64,000 nt of DNA, from positions 116,296,130-116,360,129 of the forward strand of contig NC_068982.1 of NCBI RefSeq assembly GCF_001194135.2, read 5' to 3'. Below are positions 13,869-27,216 of this stretch, in pieces; position 1 is the first letter of the stretch, and every line of letters begins with the position of its first letter. The translations under genes and the position numbers were made by a program. The stretch is from Octopus bimaculoides (taxonomy: Eukaryota). The notes below the pieces were generated by a model that worked only from the letters and a program-made list of their open reading frames with translations, was not told the origin of the DNA and did no database searches.

Positions 13869-16255
13869 ATATTAGATTCAAGAAATTTGATGAGAGGGAG
13901 GAGGAGCTACAGACCTCGGACATAGAGGGTGGCTGGAAATTCCTAGGGGACAACTCACTAAGTGCCACAGACCAAGTCTGCGGATGGTGCAAAGTCCCCT
14001 CCAGACCTAGAGTAACGTGGTGGTGGAATAATACAGTAGGCAAAGCCATTAGAGCAAAGAAATAGGCATGGAAAGCCTGGAAAAGTGAGGTAGCAGGGAA
14101 CTGTGCCAGATAGCCAGGAGGGAGGCTGGGTGACAGGTATACATAGCCAAGGGAAAAGCAGATAAAAAGTTTGTCATTGTCCAGCGATGTGAGGACCAAA
14201 CAACTGAAGTATTTCAGATTGCAAGACAATGTATGAAAGAAAATTGTGATGTCACAGGAGAGAAATGTGTCCGCATGGATGATAGTGTACTTGCTTTTAA
14301 TGTTTCTGAAAAGAAAGAAGCTTGGAGAAGCCATTATGAAAGACTGCTGAACGTGGAGAATAAATGGGAGGAGGAGAGCCTGCCAAATGTTGACACAGTA
14401 GAGGGACCAGTTATCCGAATAGATAAAGAAATTAAGGGTATGAAGCCAGGAAAGGCCCCTGACCCATCAAAAACCCCTGTTGAGATGCTTAAAATATCTG
14501 GTGGCATGGATAATGGCCTATGCTTAGATGAGATGCAGTTCAGTTTTGTCCTGGGTAGATGCTATATTCCTGGTATGGCAACTGCAGGAGAAATACCTAG
14601 CCAAAGATAAACCCCTATACTTGGCTTTTGTTGACTTGGAGAAAGCCTTTGACAGGGTCCCCCATTCCTTTATCTGGTGGGCGATGCAGAAACTAGGGAT
14701 TGACGAATGGTTAATAATGGCTGTACAGGCCCTATACAGAGATGCTGCTAGTAAGGTTATGGTTGGCAATGAGTATAGTGAAGAATTCAGGGTAGAAGTA
14801 GGGGTCCACCAAGGATCAGCCCTCAGCCCCCTCTTATTCATCATAGTCCTCCAGGCAATAACAGAAGAATTCAAGACAGGTTGCCCCTGGGAGCTCCTCT
14901 ATGCTAATAGCCTGGCCCTCATAGCAGAGTCACTATCAGAAATAGAGAAGAAATTGCAAGTGTGGAAGCAAGGTTTAGAATCGAAGGGCCTTAGCGTCAA
15001 TGTCGCAAAAACCAAAGTCCTAGTAAGTAGGAAGGTGAACATATCACACACCCCTTCAGGTAGATGGTCCTGCTCGATCTGTAGAAAAGGTGTAGGTAGA
15101 AACTCCATAAGATGTACCCAGTGTAAGCTATGGACACATAAGAGGTGCAGCGACATCAAAAGAAGATTAACTGGAAAGATAGCTTTCGTGTGTGGCAGAT
15201 GCACAGGGGCAATAAACACCACAGATGCTCAGAAAACAGATTCCATCACTTGCCAGGGGGAGAAACTAGAAGAAGTTGATAGCGTCTGCTACCTAGATGA
15301 CCAAATCTGTAGTGCTAAGAGAGTGTTAACAGTAGAATAAGAATAGCCTAGGCGAAGTTCAGAAAGCTTCTAGCCCTACTGATAACAAGGGGCCTCTCAG
15401 AGTGAAAGGTAGATTGTATGATGCATGTGTGCAAACTGCCATGCTTTATAGCAGTGAAACATGGGCTGTGACTGCTGACGACATGTGTAGGCTCGAAAGA
15501 AATGAAGCTAGCATGATCTGCTGGATGTGTAATGTCAGCGTGCACACATGACAGAGTGTAAGCACCCTGAGAGAAATGCTGGATATAAGAAGAATCAGAT
15601 GTGGCATGCAAGAGAGACGTCTGCACTGGTAAGGTCATGTACTACAGATGGATGAGGAGAGCTGTGTGAAGAAGTGCCACTCCCAAACAGTGGAAGGAAC
15701 CCGTGGTAGAGGGAGGCCCAGGAAGACATAACCAGTCCACTCAAAAAGTACCTTTGGAACGTAGGGCAACATGCCGTGCATGAGTTGACCTATTGAGTCA
15801 AGTACAACAACATCAAAATCAAATCAAACCACAATCAAAATGGAAATTGTAGTTGTGGATGATACCAGCGTCGCCTGTCTGGCTCCCCATGCCAGTGGCA
15901 CATAAAAAGCACCATCCAAACATGGTCGATGCCAGCCCCCTCAGCCCAACTGGCTCCTGTGCTGGTGGCACGTAAAAAGCACCATCCGAACATGGCTGAT
16001 GTCAGCACTGCTTTGACTGGCTCTTGTGCTGGTGGCATGTAAAAGCACCAACCAAATTGTGGTCAATGCCAGCCCCCTCTGTCTCCCATGCCGGCAGCAC
16101 ATAAAAGCACCATCCAAACGTGGTCGATGCCAGCCTCCTCTGACCCCTGTGTCTTGGAGTGATTGGCATTAGGAAGGGTATCCAGCTGTAGAAACACTGC
16201 CAGATCAGATTGGAGCCTGGTGCAGCCTCCTGGCTTCCCAGGCCCCCTGGAGCTG
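13869..16255 (+). mobile_element. 5'-truncated RTE-clade LINE (degenerate RT ORF plus 3' UTR with tandem subrepeats)
   Basis: TWWWN, LAFVDLEKAFDRVP, GVHQGSALSPLLF, WELLYA motifs; Cys-rich PHD-like insert; C-terminal GRGRPRKT; stops and frameshifts. Confidence 0.95.
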
Positions 16256-18326
16256 AGTCTGAGGTTGAAGACAATGCACACACATGCATGCATGCACACG
16301 CGCACGCATGCACGCACGCACGCATGCACACACACACACAATATGTACAAAAGAGACTGATAAAAAATATACCCGGTTTTAAAACAATAAATACTGTAAG
16401 TCACTTATTCAAGGTGGTGCCCCAGCATGGCCACAGTCTAATGACTGAAACAAGTAAAAGAAAAGACAAAAGGTGTATATGTGGCGAAGAAATTTGTTTC
16501 CTAACCATATGGTTTTGAGTTCATTCTTACTGTGGAACAAGTGAACAAGTGTCCTCTACTTGAACAAGTGTCTTCTGCTATATTTCCATGCCAACCAAAG
16601 CCTTATATATAGATTTAGTAGATGGAAACTGAAAGAAACCCATCATAATGTCTGTTTTCCATGCTGATATGGGTTGAACAGTTCAACAGGATCTGGTGAG
16701 TTGCAGGGCTGTACAGAGTTCCATTGTTAGCTTCGGCATGTCTTCCATGACCAGATATTCTTCTGCATTCTAACCATCTTACAATGTATACTGGGCATGA
16801 TTTTCATACCATCAGCATGAGTTAGATTGCCAAGTAATTTGCAAGACAGAAAAAGAATAGAAAAGGAAAAAAAAAAAAACAATCTGGAGGGTTGGGGAAT
16901 ATTAAGGAGGTGGGGTAGCTTTATTCGAAGGGGTGATAGCAGGATAAGCACAAATGTCTTGCCATAGAGGAAATACATGACAGTCAAACATTCTACAAGG
17001 ATGAGCAGGAGTAGCTGAGGAGAAGTTACAGATGGTAGTGATGTGGTGCCAGAGCAAACTCTCAAGATGCAAGAAGGTGAGCATAAAAGAAGAGGAGGAG
17101 AGGGTGTATATTTCAAAAGTGTGTGAAGAGAGAGATAGCGGCAGAGGGGAATGTAATGAGTGATGAGCAAGAATGGAGGGAAATATCAATATAGAGAGGA
17201 GGTACAGAGAGAGAAATAGAAGTGGCTCAGGAAGGAAGATAGATAATAAGATAAGGGAATAATTGAGGAATGGCAGAGAGGGAGATGTGGAGGAATACTT
17301 GATGGGGTAGAATGGGTTACAAGCCTACACAGGATGCTTTTAGTATATATATATATATATACATATACATTTTTTTTTTTTTTTTTTTTTTTTTTGTGCG
17401 GGTGGCACATGAAATGCACCATTTTGAGCGTGGCCGTTGCCAGTACCGCCTGACTGACCTTCGTGAGGGTGACACGTAAAAGCACCCACTACACTCTCTG
17501 AGTGGTTGGCGTTAGGAAGGGCATCCAGCTGTAGAAACTCTGCCAAATCAGATTGGAGCCTGGTGTAGCCATCTGGTTTCACCAGTCCTCAGTCAAATCA
17601 TCCAACCTATGCTAGCATGGAAAGCGGACGTTAAACGACGACGACGACGACGACGATGACGATATGTATGTATGTATATATACACATACACACATATATA
17701 TATATCTGTGGATAAAGATAGTTATGGCCAGTTCACAGGCAAGACATGTAAAGCCAAGCGCTTTAACCTTGGGTTACCCTTTCGGGATAATTAATCGTAA
17801 ATGAGTGACATTGACATACACGCAGTATTATTCATTTCCAATGTTCTGCAAAAACATGTCTGTTCATGCGAAAATATTATCTTCCTTGGATACAGTTAAG
17901 GGTTGGCAACAGGAAGAGCATCAGACCATAGAAGATCTACCTCAATAAATCTTGCTAGCATGGAAAACATGGACCTTATATCATCATTTAACGTCTCTTT
18001 TTCGTGCTGGCATGAGTTGGACGGTTTGACGGAAGATGACTAGCTGAAGGGTTATTCAGGCTCCATGTCTGTTTTGGCATAGTTTCTAAGGCTAGATGCC
18101 CTTCCTAACGCCGTATATATATAGCTTACTGTTCTGCTAAGGTAAGATCAACAAAAAACGTACTCCATTCAGTGAGAAATAATTACCATTTGATGTTCAC
18201 AGTATGAGGATACAACCTGCCTAGACCTGCATCCCTAATGCAAGAAACTACAAGTAGCTCATATCTTTTTATTATGTAACATTAAATTATATATATCATA
18301 TAACAGATAGATAGATAGATAGATAG

Positions 18327-18706
18327 TGGTTGGCACTCCGTCGCTTACGACGACGAGGGTTCCAGTTGATCCAATCAACGGAACAGCCTGCTCGTGAAAT
18401 TACTGTGCAGTGGCTGAGCATTCCACAGACACGTGTACCCTTAACGTAGTTCTCGAGGAGATTCAGCGTGACACAGTGTGACAAGGCTGGCCCTTTGAAT
18501 TACAGGCACAACAGAAACAGGAAGCAAGAGTGAGAGAAACTTGCGGTGAAAGAGTACAGCAGGGTTCGCCACCATCCCCTGTCGGAGCCTCATGGAGCTT
18601 TAGGTGTTTTCGCTCAATAAACACTCACAACGCCCGGTCTGGGAATCGAAACCGCGATCCTACGACCGCGAGTCCGCTGCCCTAACCACTGGGCCATTGC
18701 ACCTCC
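18327..18706 (-). mobile_element. Full-length tRNA-derived SINE (second copy 49527-49901 -)
   Basis: Head GGAGGTGCAATGGCCCAGTGGTTAGGGCAGCGG...GGTTTCGATTCCC with A/B boxes; two near-identical copies. Confidence 0.9.
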
Positions 18707-18959
18707 ACAGATAGATAGATAGAGCCCTTCAATCACTTTTGTAACTTTTTGCTGACTGAAAAGAACAATAAAAGAATGTAAATATATAAAATGTATATGT
18801 GTGTGTGTGTACCTGGCTGTGTTAACAAATAAACTATAGCTATTACATTCTTCTACTGCAAGAGATTTTGAATAAATAAATAAATAAATAAGAAAAGAAA
18901 TAAACACTTTGAAAATTCCGTAATTTAAGACCGGCTCTCATCGACTACAACTCTGTGAA

Positions 18960-19002
18960 CTTCGTGAATGTTCGTAAATGTTCGTGAAATTAAGCACTTC
19001 CG
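18960..19002. promoter_or_regulatory. Heat-shock element (six nGAAn/nTTCn units) plus ETS-like CACTTCCG
   Basis: cTTCg tGAAt gTTCg tAAAt gTTCg tGAAa, five of six units perfect; CACTTCCG at 18995-19002; CpG-retaining region. Confidence 0.5.
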
Positions 19003-20054
19003 CTTTTATCGGTTGTCTTCAAACCTCATTTTATTTCTTAAAAAGTTCTTTCTTGGATGTATTTGCTACAAAAATGGAATTGGTAAATATATATATATCC
19101 ATGCTTAATTGCTTTTGAGCTTTCATATATTTAATATTCTTTAATAACCTAATTTATATAGTTTTTTTTCGTTTAAATGTCTGTTTTTAGGCTTTGTCTA
19201 AAAAATTCCCTTTATAAATTTTTGCGTAATGTCGTTATTGCAAACACCCATCCATCCTGGTTTATCATGATTTTTACCTGATTTTACCATAATTCTATCT
19301 CGCTATCAATCTATTTATGTGAAATTATATATATATATATTACATGCACTAAGTAAAAGCTTTGTGAATTTTATTTATTGCTTATGTTTCTATTTAATCC
19401 CTTTGCCGTAAATACTATTGTTCACTGTTCACTTTCTGTCACACAGATGTATGAGCGTGATGACAGCGGTCTCCAAACTTATTTTATCGTGAATTCCTAT
19501 ATGATTTTCCCCTAAATTTAAGAACCCATATTATATGGACAACCCCTCGCCACTCTAATTTTAATGAGACATGAGACATAGCGTGAGATATATTCATAAA
19601 AAAGGGTGAAAAGTTTCATTACTTTGGAATGGTGAATGCCATTTTTTATTTACAGAATTGTATTTAAGAAATTTTTTTCGAAACTCCAGGATTTTTTTTT
19701 TTTGTGAAAAATACTGGCATAAGGTGACAATCTGGTTGTTTTCTTGGCCCTTATCTTCCTGATTGAGTAGATTTTAAGATTAAAAAAAGCATTCCAAATG
19801 TAATTATGAATGTGATGTTCTTTTTTTACTATTTTAAGAGGGTAGAAACACCATTTTATAATCACAAGTAGGCTCACATTATTGTATTTATTTATCTCAT
19901 ATAGCTGAAAGTGACTGGAAATTCAGCGCTGTACAAACCTTTGGCACTTTTCTCTATTACTCGACAGATTTCCCTACTCATCAAACATGAAGCATAATGG
20001 GGCTAATTAATATACTCTTCTAAATTACCCTGTCTCTAGTGTGTGTGTGCGCCC

Positions 20055-20098
<44 letters not shown>

Positions 20099-21670
20099 TA
20101 CTATTCAAGAATATATGGTACTATTCATATAGTACCTATATATATATAAGCTTATAGCTGATTAAGTGCTGGGTATTGTTCAAGGAGCGTGTTAAAACGT
20201 CACCACTATGAGGACACATTCTGTCTCATAAATCTTAATGACGTGAAATATTTTCTGTTAGTGATAAACTTTTTAATAAAAAAAATCAGTGTTGGCTGAA
20301 TTCATAATGTAATTAATTTGTTGAGGAACTTATATCCCATGGACTCGCCTTTAACTATATAAAACGTATAATTCGATTGGTTGGCATCTCACTCGCCACC
20401 TGTTTTACATTGCATCATCAGATCGGTTTTACAAGGGTTTCTTGGTATTCAGTGATAATGCTGACACTAAAATAAATCACAGATGCTATCGCTGAAGTAA
20501 ACAACGATTACGGACAAAATCCTGGCTAAGACAGACATAGCTAGACTTTCATTTATTCTCATGGAGCGTCGATGAAAAATGCCTCTCGGCACTTTATATT
20601 CTGGGTTCAAATCTCACCAAGGTGAACTTTCGTTCTCCCGGAGTCAAAGCACCAGTAATGTATAGAGGGCGATATAATCGACTGATCCCCTTCCTCTCAA
20701 ATTGTCAGCCTTATCCCTGAAATTAAAAATAACGAGAGGGTAATAGATTGGTCAGATCGATGAAGCGTCGGAGAAACTGCCTCACGGTATTTGTTTTGAC
20801 TATTGACGTCCTAAGTTCAAATCCCGTTGAGATCAGTTTTGCCTTCCAGCTTTTCGAAATCGATAAAATAAAGAGTAAAGTACCACTCATGTACTGAGGT
20901 CGATTTAATCGACTACTAACCGCCAGCCTTTTGCTGGCCTTGTTCTAAATTCGAAACAAGAATTATTATTGAAATCAATAAACTATCTATGACCCCATCC
21001 CTCCACCAAATTCGTAGTCATGTGCCAGTATCAAAAAAGTTAATCGTTATGCCTTTTGTTTCGTTATTTACGTGTGATTATCACAATGTTTCGTCATAGT
21101 GCTGTGATTCTCTTAACCGATTACCAGAGATGATTGTGACGACACATAAATAAGGAAACTCATTGTTAAACGGTGAATAATAACCACACAGTCAGATCGT
21201 TTTGTTATCCTTTATTTATGTCTCCACAAAACAACTGTTTGCTATTTTCTTTTACTTTTTGTATGGCTTAACAAACATAATCCGCCTTGTTTGTTTGACA
21301 AAATAGGCATAATCCATTTGGCCTTGGTATGTTATTGGCAAAGTTCATTTCGTAGTAATCATCAGGCCCGGTGTGATTACACATCTACAATTTGTTCTCC
21401 ATCAAAAGCTTCCCACCAGATACAGTGGAGTCTGATCTCGTAGAGGTTGCTTAACAGGCCCACCTCCAACTATCGACTTCAAGCTAGGTTATTTTACAGG
21501 GATCGAAGTGGCAGTGGTTAATAACAAACTGGAGTCTGATATCGTCACTCTTTAGCAGTACTTTAAGGTCCTGTAAAATGTTACCCTTTCCCCATTTCAC
21601 TAATCCATAAAAAAAGAAAAAACATCTAATTAACTTCATTCTTTTTTTTTTGGGGGGGGGTTGTTTACGG

Positions 21671-22079
21671 CAGGGGNNNNNNNNNNNNNNNNNNNNNNNN
21701 NNNNNNNNNNNNNNNNNNNNNNNNNNNNNNNNNNNNNNNNNNNNNNNNNNNNNNNNNNNNNNNNNNNNNNNNNNNNNNNNNNNNNNNNNNNNNNNNNNNN
21801 NNNNNNNNNNNNNNNNNNNNNNNNNNNNNNNNNNNNNNNNNNNNNNNNNNNNNNNNNNNNNNNNNNNNNNNNNNNNTTTATGGGCAATTTGATTTTATAT
21901 GTTTTTTTAATCGAAATCTTTTAATTGACAATAAACCTATTTGTTAAATACTGTTAAATAAATAAATGTAAAAATATAATATTTTAAGCAAATATTTATG
22001 TATAAATTTCATAAGCGTTTATAAGGGTAAAGCCTGAAATATAAAGGGGTCCGCAAGTCAAAAAGTTTGAAAACCCCTG
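21671..22079. mobile_element. hAT-type MITE with 8-bp TSD GTTTACGG
   Basis: CAGGGG (then gap) ... GTTTGAAAACCCCTG; identical 8-mer at 21663-21670 and 22080-22087. Confidence 0.85.
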
Positions 22080-23059
22080 GTTTACGGCGTTTCAGTCTCC
22101 TTTCAATGTTAGCTGCTCGACTTGTAGAAATATCAGCCTAAGTCCGGTCAACGTTCTCATGAAGAGAAAGCACAATTGAATAATGCAGTAGGATATTGAA
22201 TACAGTTTCTGAATAAAATATGTGATAGTCCCGGTTGGCATGTTGTTCGATAATAGGTTCTGCTCGGTGAGACCTGACATGTATCTAAATAACCACCACC
22301 AACTATTAGGGCCGTGGTAGCTTTTATTATTTTTGATTTAAAAATAAAGTCTCTTAGTTCAAAAGTAGTTTGAGACTATAATACATCCACGAATATGGAA
22401 CTTCGTGAAATGAAAGCCTAGCTTAGAAAATTACTGAAAGCATTATTCATCTCGAGATGAAATGAAAAGTATCAGACGAATGTTTTCTTGTTGCTTTAAC
22501 CCCAAGTTAGCTCATATCTGGCAGAACAAGGATCAAAAGCATTCTAGCTGTGGGCATTTCGTCTCTTTCCATGTCAGAGTTTATTACTGTTCAGTATATC
22601 CTTATTTATTAAGGCCTGGCTTTGGTAGCTGTTATAAACTTGTTGAATGGTTAAATAAGGCCTCTGTCATCGGCTTGCCTCAGCAGGTAATTTTGGGTCA
22701 AACAATAGGGGAGAGAGAGAGAGGGAGGAAAAAAAGGCGGATTTCCTAATCGAAGTACATAACTGGCTGTGAATTTTTTTTTTTTTTTTACGCCACGCTG
22801 TTGCACGAAATTGTACGTTTTCGAGTCCTCCATCCGTTATCGGGTTGTTTCTGCAAGTGATTTTAGGTTAAACAATAAAAGAGAGTTCCTCTATATAACT
22901 GACTGTAACTTTTTTTGAAGTAATTTCACACACATTCCCACCAACACAAAACCATAGCTGCTATTTTTTCTCATGCAGCGCAAAATTGTGCGTAACTTTT
23001 CCGTTTTCGATTTCTACCATTATTTTGAAATTTAAAAATGAATTGTCAAAAATTTTATA

Positions 23060-23225
23060 GGCGCAGGCGTGGCTGTGTGGTAAGAAGCTTGCTTCCCAAC
23101 CACATGGTTCCGGGTTCAGTTCCACTGCGTGGTACTTTGGGCAAGTGTTTTCTACTATAGACTCTGGCCCACCAAAGCCTTGTCAATGGATTTGGTAGAC
23201 GGAAACTGAAAGAAGCTTGTCGTAA
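23060..23225 (+). mobile_element. tRNA-derived SINE family (copies at about 11615-11732 -, 16485-16645 +, 28135-28280 -, 39620-39772 -)
   Basis: GGCGTGGCTGTGTGGTAAGAAGCTTGCTTCCCAACCACATGGTTCCGGGTTCAG head, recurring. Confidence 0.85.
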
Positions 23226-23740
23226 GTACTAAGCTTACAAAGAATAAGTACTGAGGTCAATGTGTTCGGCTAAAGGTGGTGCTCCAGCATGGCTGCAGTC
23301 AAAATTTTGAAATGCCGAATTGTTTTTACAGATTCGGAATTTTCGCAGTCGAAAAAGTGGGTTTCTGTAGACCCCCCCCCCAAAAAAAAAACCGAAAGAG
23401 GTGCGGTCCATGTCCTGTACACCCGCCATCATTTTTACTGTGGCCATGATGGAGCACCGCCTTTTAGTTGACGAAATCGACCCGAAAGGGAGTGCGGTCA
23501 ATGACCTTTACCTCCGCCATATGAGATTAACAATTAAGATACGGACTGTTATATGGTGTGCCTCGCCGAAACTTCGCAAAATATACAGTTGTATAAAACA
23601 ATTTATCGTTCGTTAAGTTATCTATGACTGAAATTTGTACACCCCTCTCTTCAAGCATCATAAAACATATAATACGTAAAACTCATAAGCAGAATATTCA
23701 ATGTATATTACATCTGTATGTATGGATGGGCTGCTAGAAA

Positions 23741-24488
23741 TAGACACTGAGGGAAAATGGCCGTAACTTTTTTATTTTTTGATTTTGACGATTTTCGTTT
23801 TCGATAATGTGTTCTATATGTCACGGTCATGCGATTCCCCCCTAAAAAAATTTTGGACCACACACGGGGTGGGGGGTGGGGGGTTTGGCGATTTTCATTT
23901 TTAACATTGTGTTCTACATGTTCAGGTCGTACGAATAGCCTTCTCGCAACTTAGATGTGAAAATGAACGGCTTACATTTATATTGAAACAGAAAAAGGAT
24001 CATATGTGGAGTCCCCACCACGAAACTTGATATGTTAGAAATAACAGCTAAACGCGGACAATCCAAATCTTGCATTGGTCCAGATGGACTATATGTAAAT
24101 AAATATGAAGGAAAAAATGCGCTTTGGCAAACGGGGTTAGGGTAAACCTAACCCTAACCAGATTTGACTGTTATTNNNNNNNNNNNNNNNNNNNNNNNNN
24201 NNNNNNNNNNNNNNNNNNNNNNNNNNNNNNNNNNNNNNNNNNNNNNNNNNNNNNNNNNNNNNNNNNNNNNNNNTTCAGATTACATATAGTCCATCTGGAC
24301 CAATGCAAGATTTGGATTGTCCGTGTTTAGCTGTTATTTCTAGCATATCAAGTGTGGGGTGGGGAGGGGGGTCAAAAATTTTTTTTAGGGGGAATCGCAT
24401 GACCGTGACATATAGAACACATTATCGAAAACGAAAATCGCCAAAATTAAAAAATAAAAAAGTTACAGCCATTTTCCCTCAGTGTCTA
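23741..24488. mobile_element. Foldback element with long inverted arms
   Basis: TAGACACTGAGGGAAAATGGC at both ends in inverted orientation; arms complementary over more than 200 bp, with part of the left arm missing from the right; centre partly a gap. Confidence 0.75.
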
Positions 24489-26311
24489 ATTCCAATGTCC
24501 ACCTCTCATTCAAACTATATCCTTAAAAAAAGACACTGAGTGACGTTACAGGGAGGCAGTGGAAGTACACTATTGCTGGTGAGCGGGGTGATGGAATGTC
24601 TTTCATCATATGTTCCTTTGGTCTCTGCTAAACAACTGCGAAGTATCCTATAGTATTGTGCCCACTGTTACACGATTTTCTCTTTAGTTCTGACGTGGAT
24701 TGTTTAAGAATTTCTTTTAAGATGTATGAACTTGTTTTCCTACATAACAAACCCATCTATATACTCACCATGTGATAAAGCTAACTGAGGGACAGAGAAA
24801 TTAACTCAAGATAAGCACGTTGTTAACGAAAGTGAGTGACGAGAATCTATGAAGTGCCGATTGCATCTCCTCAGCCATGCCTGTATCTCAGTCTAGTTGA
24901 GGACCATACTGCGCACTCTAACTTGCAGTGATTACTTCATATGGAAGGTATAGTGTGACACTCTACATATATTACTCTCTTTCCCTTGTTCTATCTCTAT
25001 ACGTCCATAGATTCTGATGTGGGCCACAGCAGAAGCAAGCGAGGTGAACTCAAAGCCCAACAGTTGCTGTTTGTGTACATTTATTGTTAGATATGAACCC
25101 TGTGGTGGTTGAAGCATTCTGCAGTAAGAAGCTCTACTCGTCATATGCCCAGCTGGTCTTTTATTTTTAATATATTTTGTTTCGTTTTGTAGAAGTTGTT
25201 TTAATGCGTAGTTATATGGAGAATTCAGACATTCCTCCTCATCAGTAGTTTCACGACTATACAGTGAAAACTGTTTGATGACTATTGATTATCCCAACGT
25301 TGTTGAGGTTGGAATATAGAGGAATGCAGGTGTAAATCATAAATTCAAAATTGCGTGTGGTTAGACAGCTCAACAGGTTAGAAGACTTCATGCTTCAATG
25401 TCTGCTTTGGTATTCTATGACTGTGTGCCTTTCCTAATGCCAACCATTTTGTAGGAATATTCTCTAATGAAAAGTTTAGCTTTGTGGACTATCTCTAGTA
25501 CTTAGGACACATCACTGGACATCACATCTTATGAGGTCAATAAAAAAAAAACTATGCTAAGGACTAAAATTCATATTATTGTGACTTTTTCTCTTTCTAC
25601 ATACAAGATTCTCTTGTGAGTTCCCTCTTCACTTTGTCTAAGCAACAGTGTTATTCATGAAAAATTTTATTTAGCTCTTCAGTTCTTATTCTAAAACCTT
25701 GTAATTAAACTTCATAGTATTTTGCTGTAACTTAGAATTCTGTTCACACATTGATGACGTTGGCACACTTAAGTTGAAATAGTAACCAGCAAAGAATTCT
25801 TTACACTTTTTAATTTTTTAAAGTCATCTATCTCTCTAATTCTGTCTGCCTCTCTCCTTTCTTTCACTCATACATGGCCTAGTTCATTGGTTCTCATTAG
25901 GTGGTGGTGAGGAATGAAAAGTAGGTGGGCAAATTGCTGTTTACTTAAATTGGATGGTCTTAAACTTTTTAAACTTGTTTAGCACCTTGGTGAAAAAAGA
26001 ATTACATTAATGCAAACTCTATTTTGCCTTCTCATTAAAGGAGACAGAGTGGGAGGCAGGGTCTAAAACATTTTTTTTTTTGTAGATAATAGAGGTGAGA
26101 GTCTGGTATACTGTCAACAGTACTGCAGTGTGTGTATAGTTAGGTTACTTAATTCTCAAACTGCTTAATATACCCAGCAATAAATAGACATCACATTAAT
26201 TTCATTTCACTTTGGTTTTCTCTTGCTGTAAGCAGCAGTAGCACTGTAAATTGGCAAGTGTTTGTTTTTCATTGCTTAGTTCAGCTACTGTTACATGTAG
26301 GAACTTATTAA

Positions 26312-26581
26312 CCCCTTAGCATTCAAATTACTGTCAAATGTAATGCTTATTTATCTTTTGTCTTTTATTTGTTTCAATCATTAGACTGTGGCCATGAATT
26401 TTTTGTTAATTCATATTTTTTAAAATTAATCATGTATTATGTTACAAGCTTAGAGATTTTGAAGATTGTTTATTTTTAGAATGACATTGCATGGTAGGTA
26501 TGAGATGCTGGATATGACTAGTTTGAACATAAAACAAGCAGACTATTTGGGCTGGATATGAACAGTTTAAATGCTAAAGGG
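26312..26581. mobile_element. piggyBac-type TTAA MITE (partial copy at 3172-3380)
   Basis: TTAA|CCCCTTAGCATT ... AATGCTAAAGGG|CTAA; interior shared with 3172-3380. Confidence 0.7.
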
Positions 26582-27181
26582 CTAAAGAAAAGTATGTCTT
26601 TTAACAAATTGGCTTGAACACTGCATGAAGACAGTATCTTTAGTGGTACTATAACAACAGCACAGGTCATATATATATATATATATATATCATTTATATC
26701 CTTTCATTTTTACCATGAAGCATAAATTGGATTAGTCTCACTGCATCTCTATATATTACAGCCCTTCATTGTATGGCTCACACAACAGAAAACTTGGTCA
26801 ACACTCTTATGTATGGCATCATTTTTACTGCTGGGTGCATTTATTATACCACCAGCATTAGAGAAGTTGATAGTGTTGGGTGTCAAGACTAATGTATCTT
26901 CACTCATTCAATATCTTTTTTTTTCTTTCTTGACATTTTTACAGCTTGATGCCCTTCTCCTCACCAATCACTTCACCATGTGTCATATAAATAAGTTCAA
27001 CTCCTAGGTGAAATCTTATTGAGCAGGACTTATGACCATGTTATCTTTTTAGGAATACCTAGAAGTACAATATCTAACGTATCTTTTACTTTCTTTTTTT
27101 TTAGATAGAAGAGAGAGATTGAGGGAGATTTGACTCCTGTTTCTGGTAGGTTAAATGGTTATGTAGATGCTCTGTTAGCTC

Positions 27182-27216
<35 letters not shown>

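Noticed and set aside
18327-18706. tRNA genes
   Set aside because: A/B-box heads continue into SINE bodies; no complete cloverleaf was seen.
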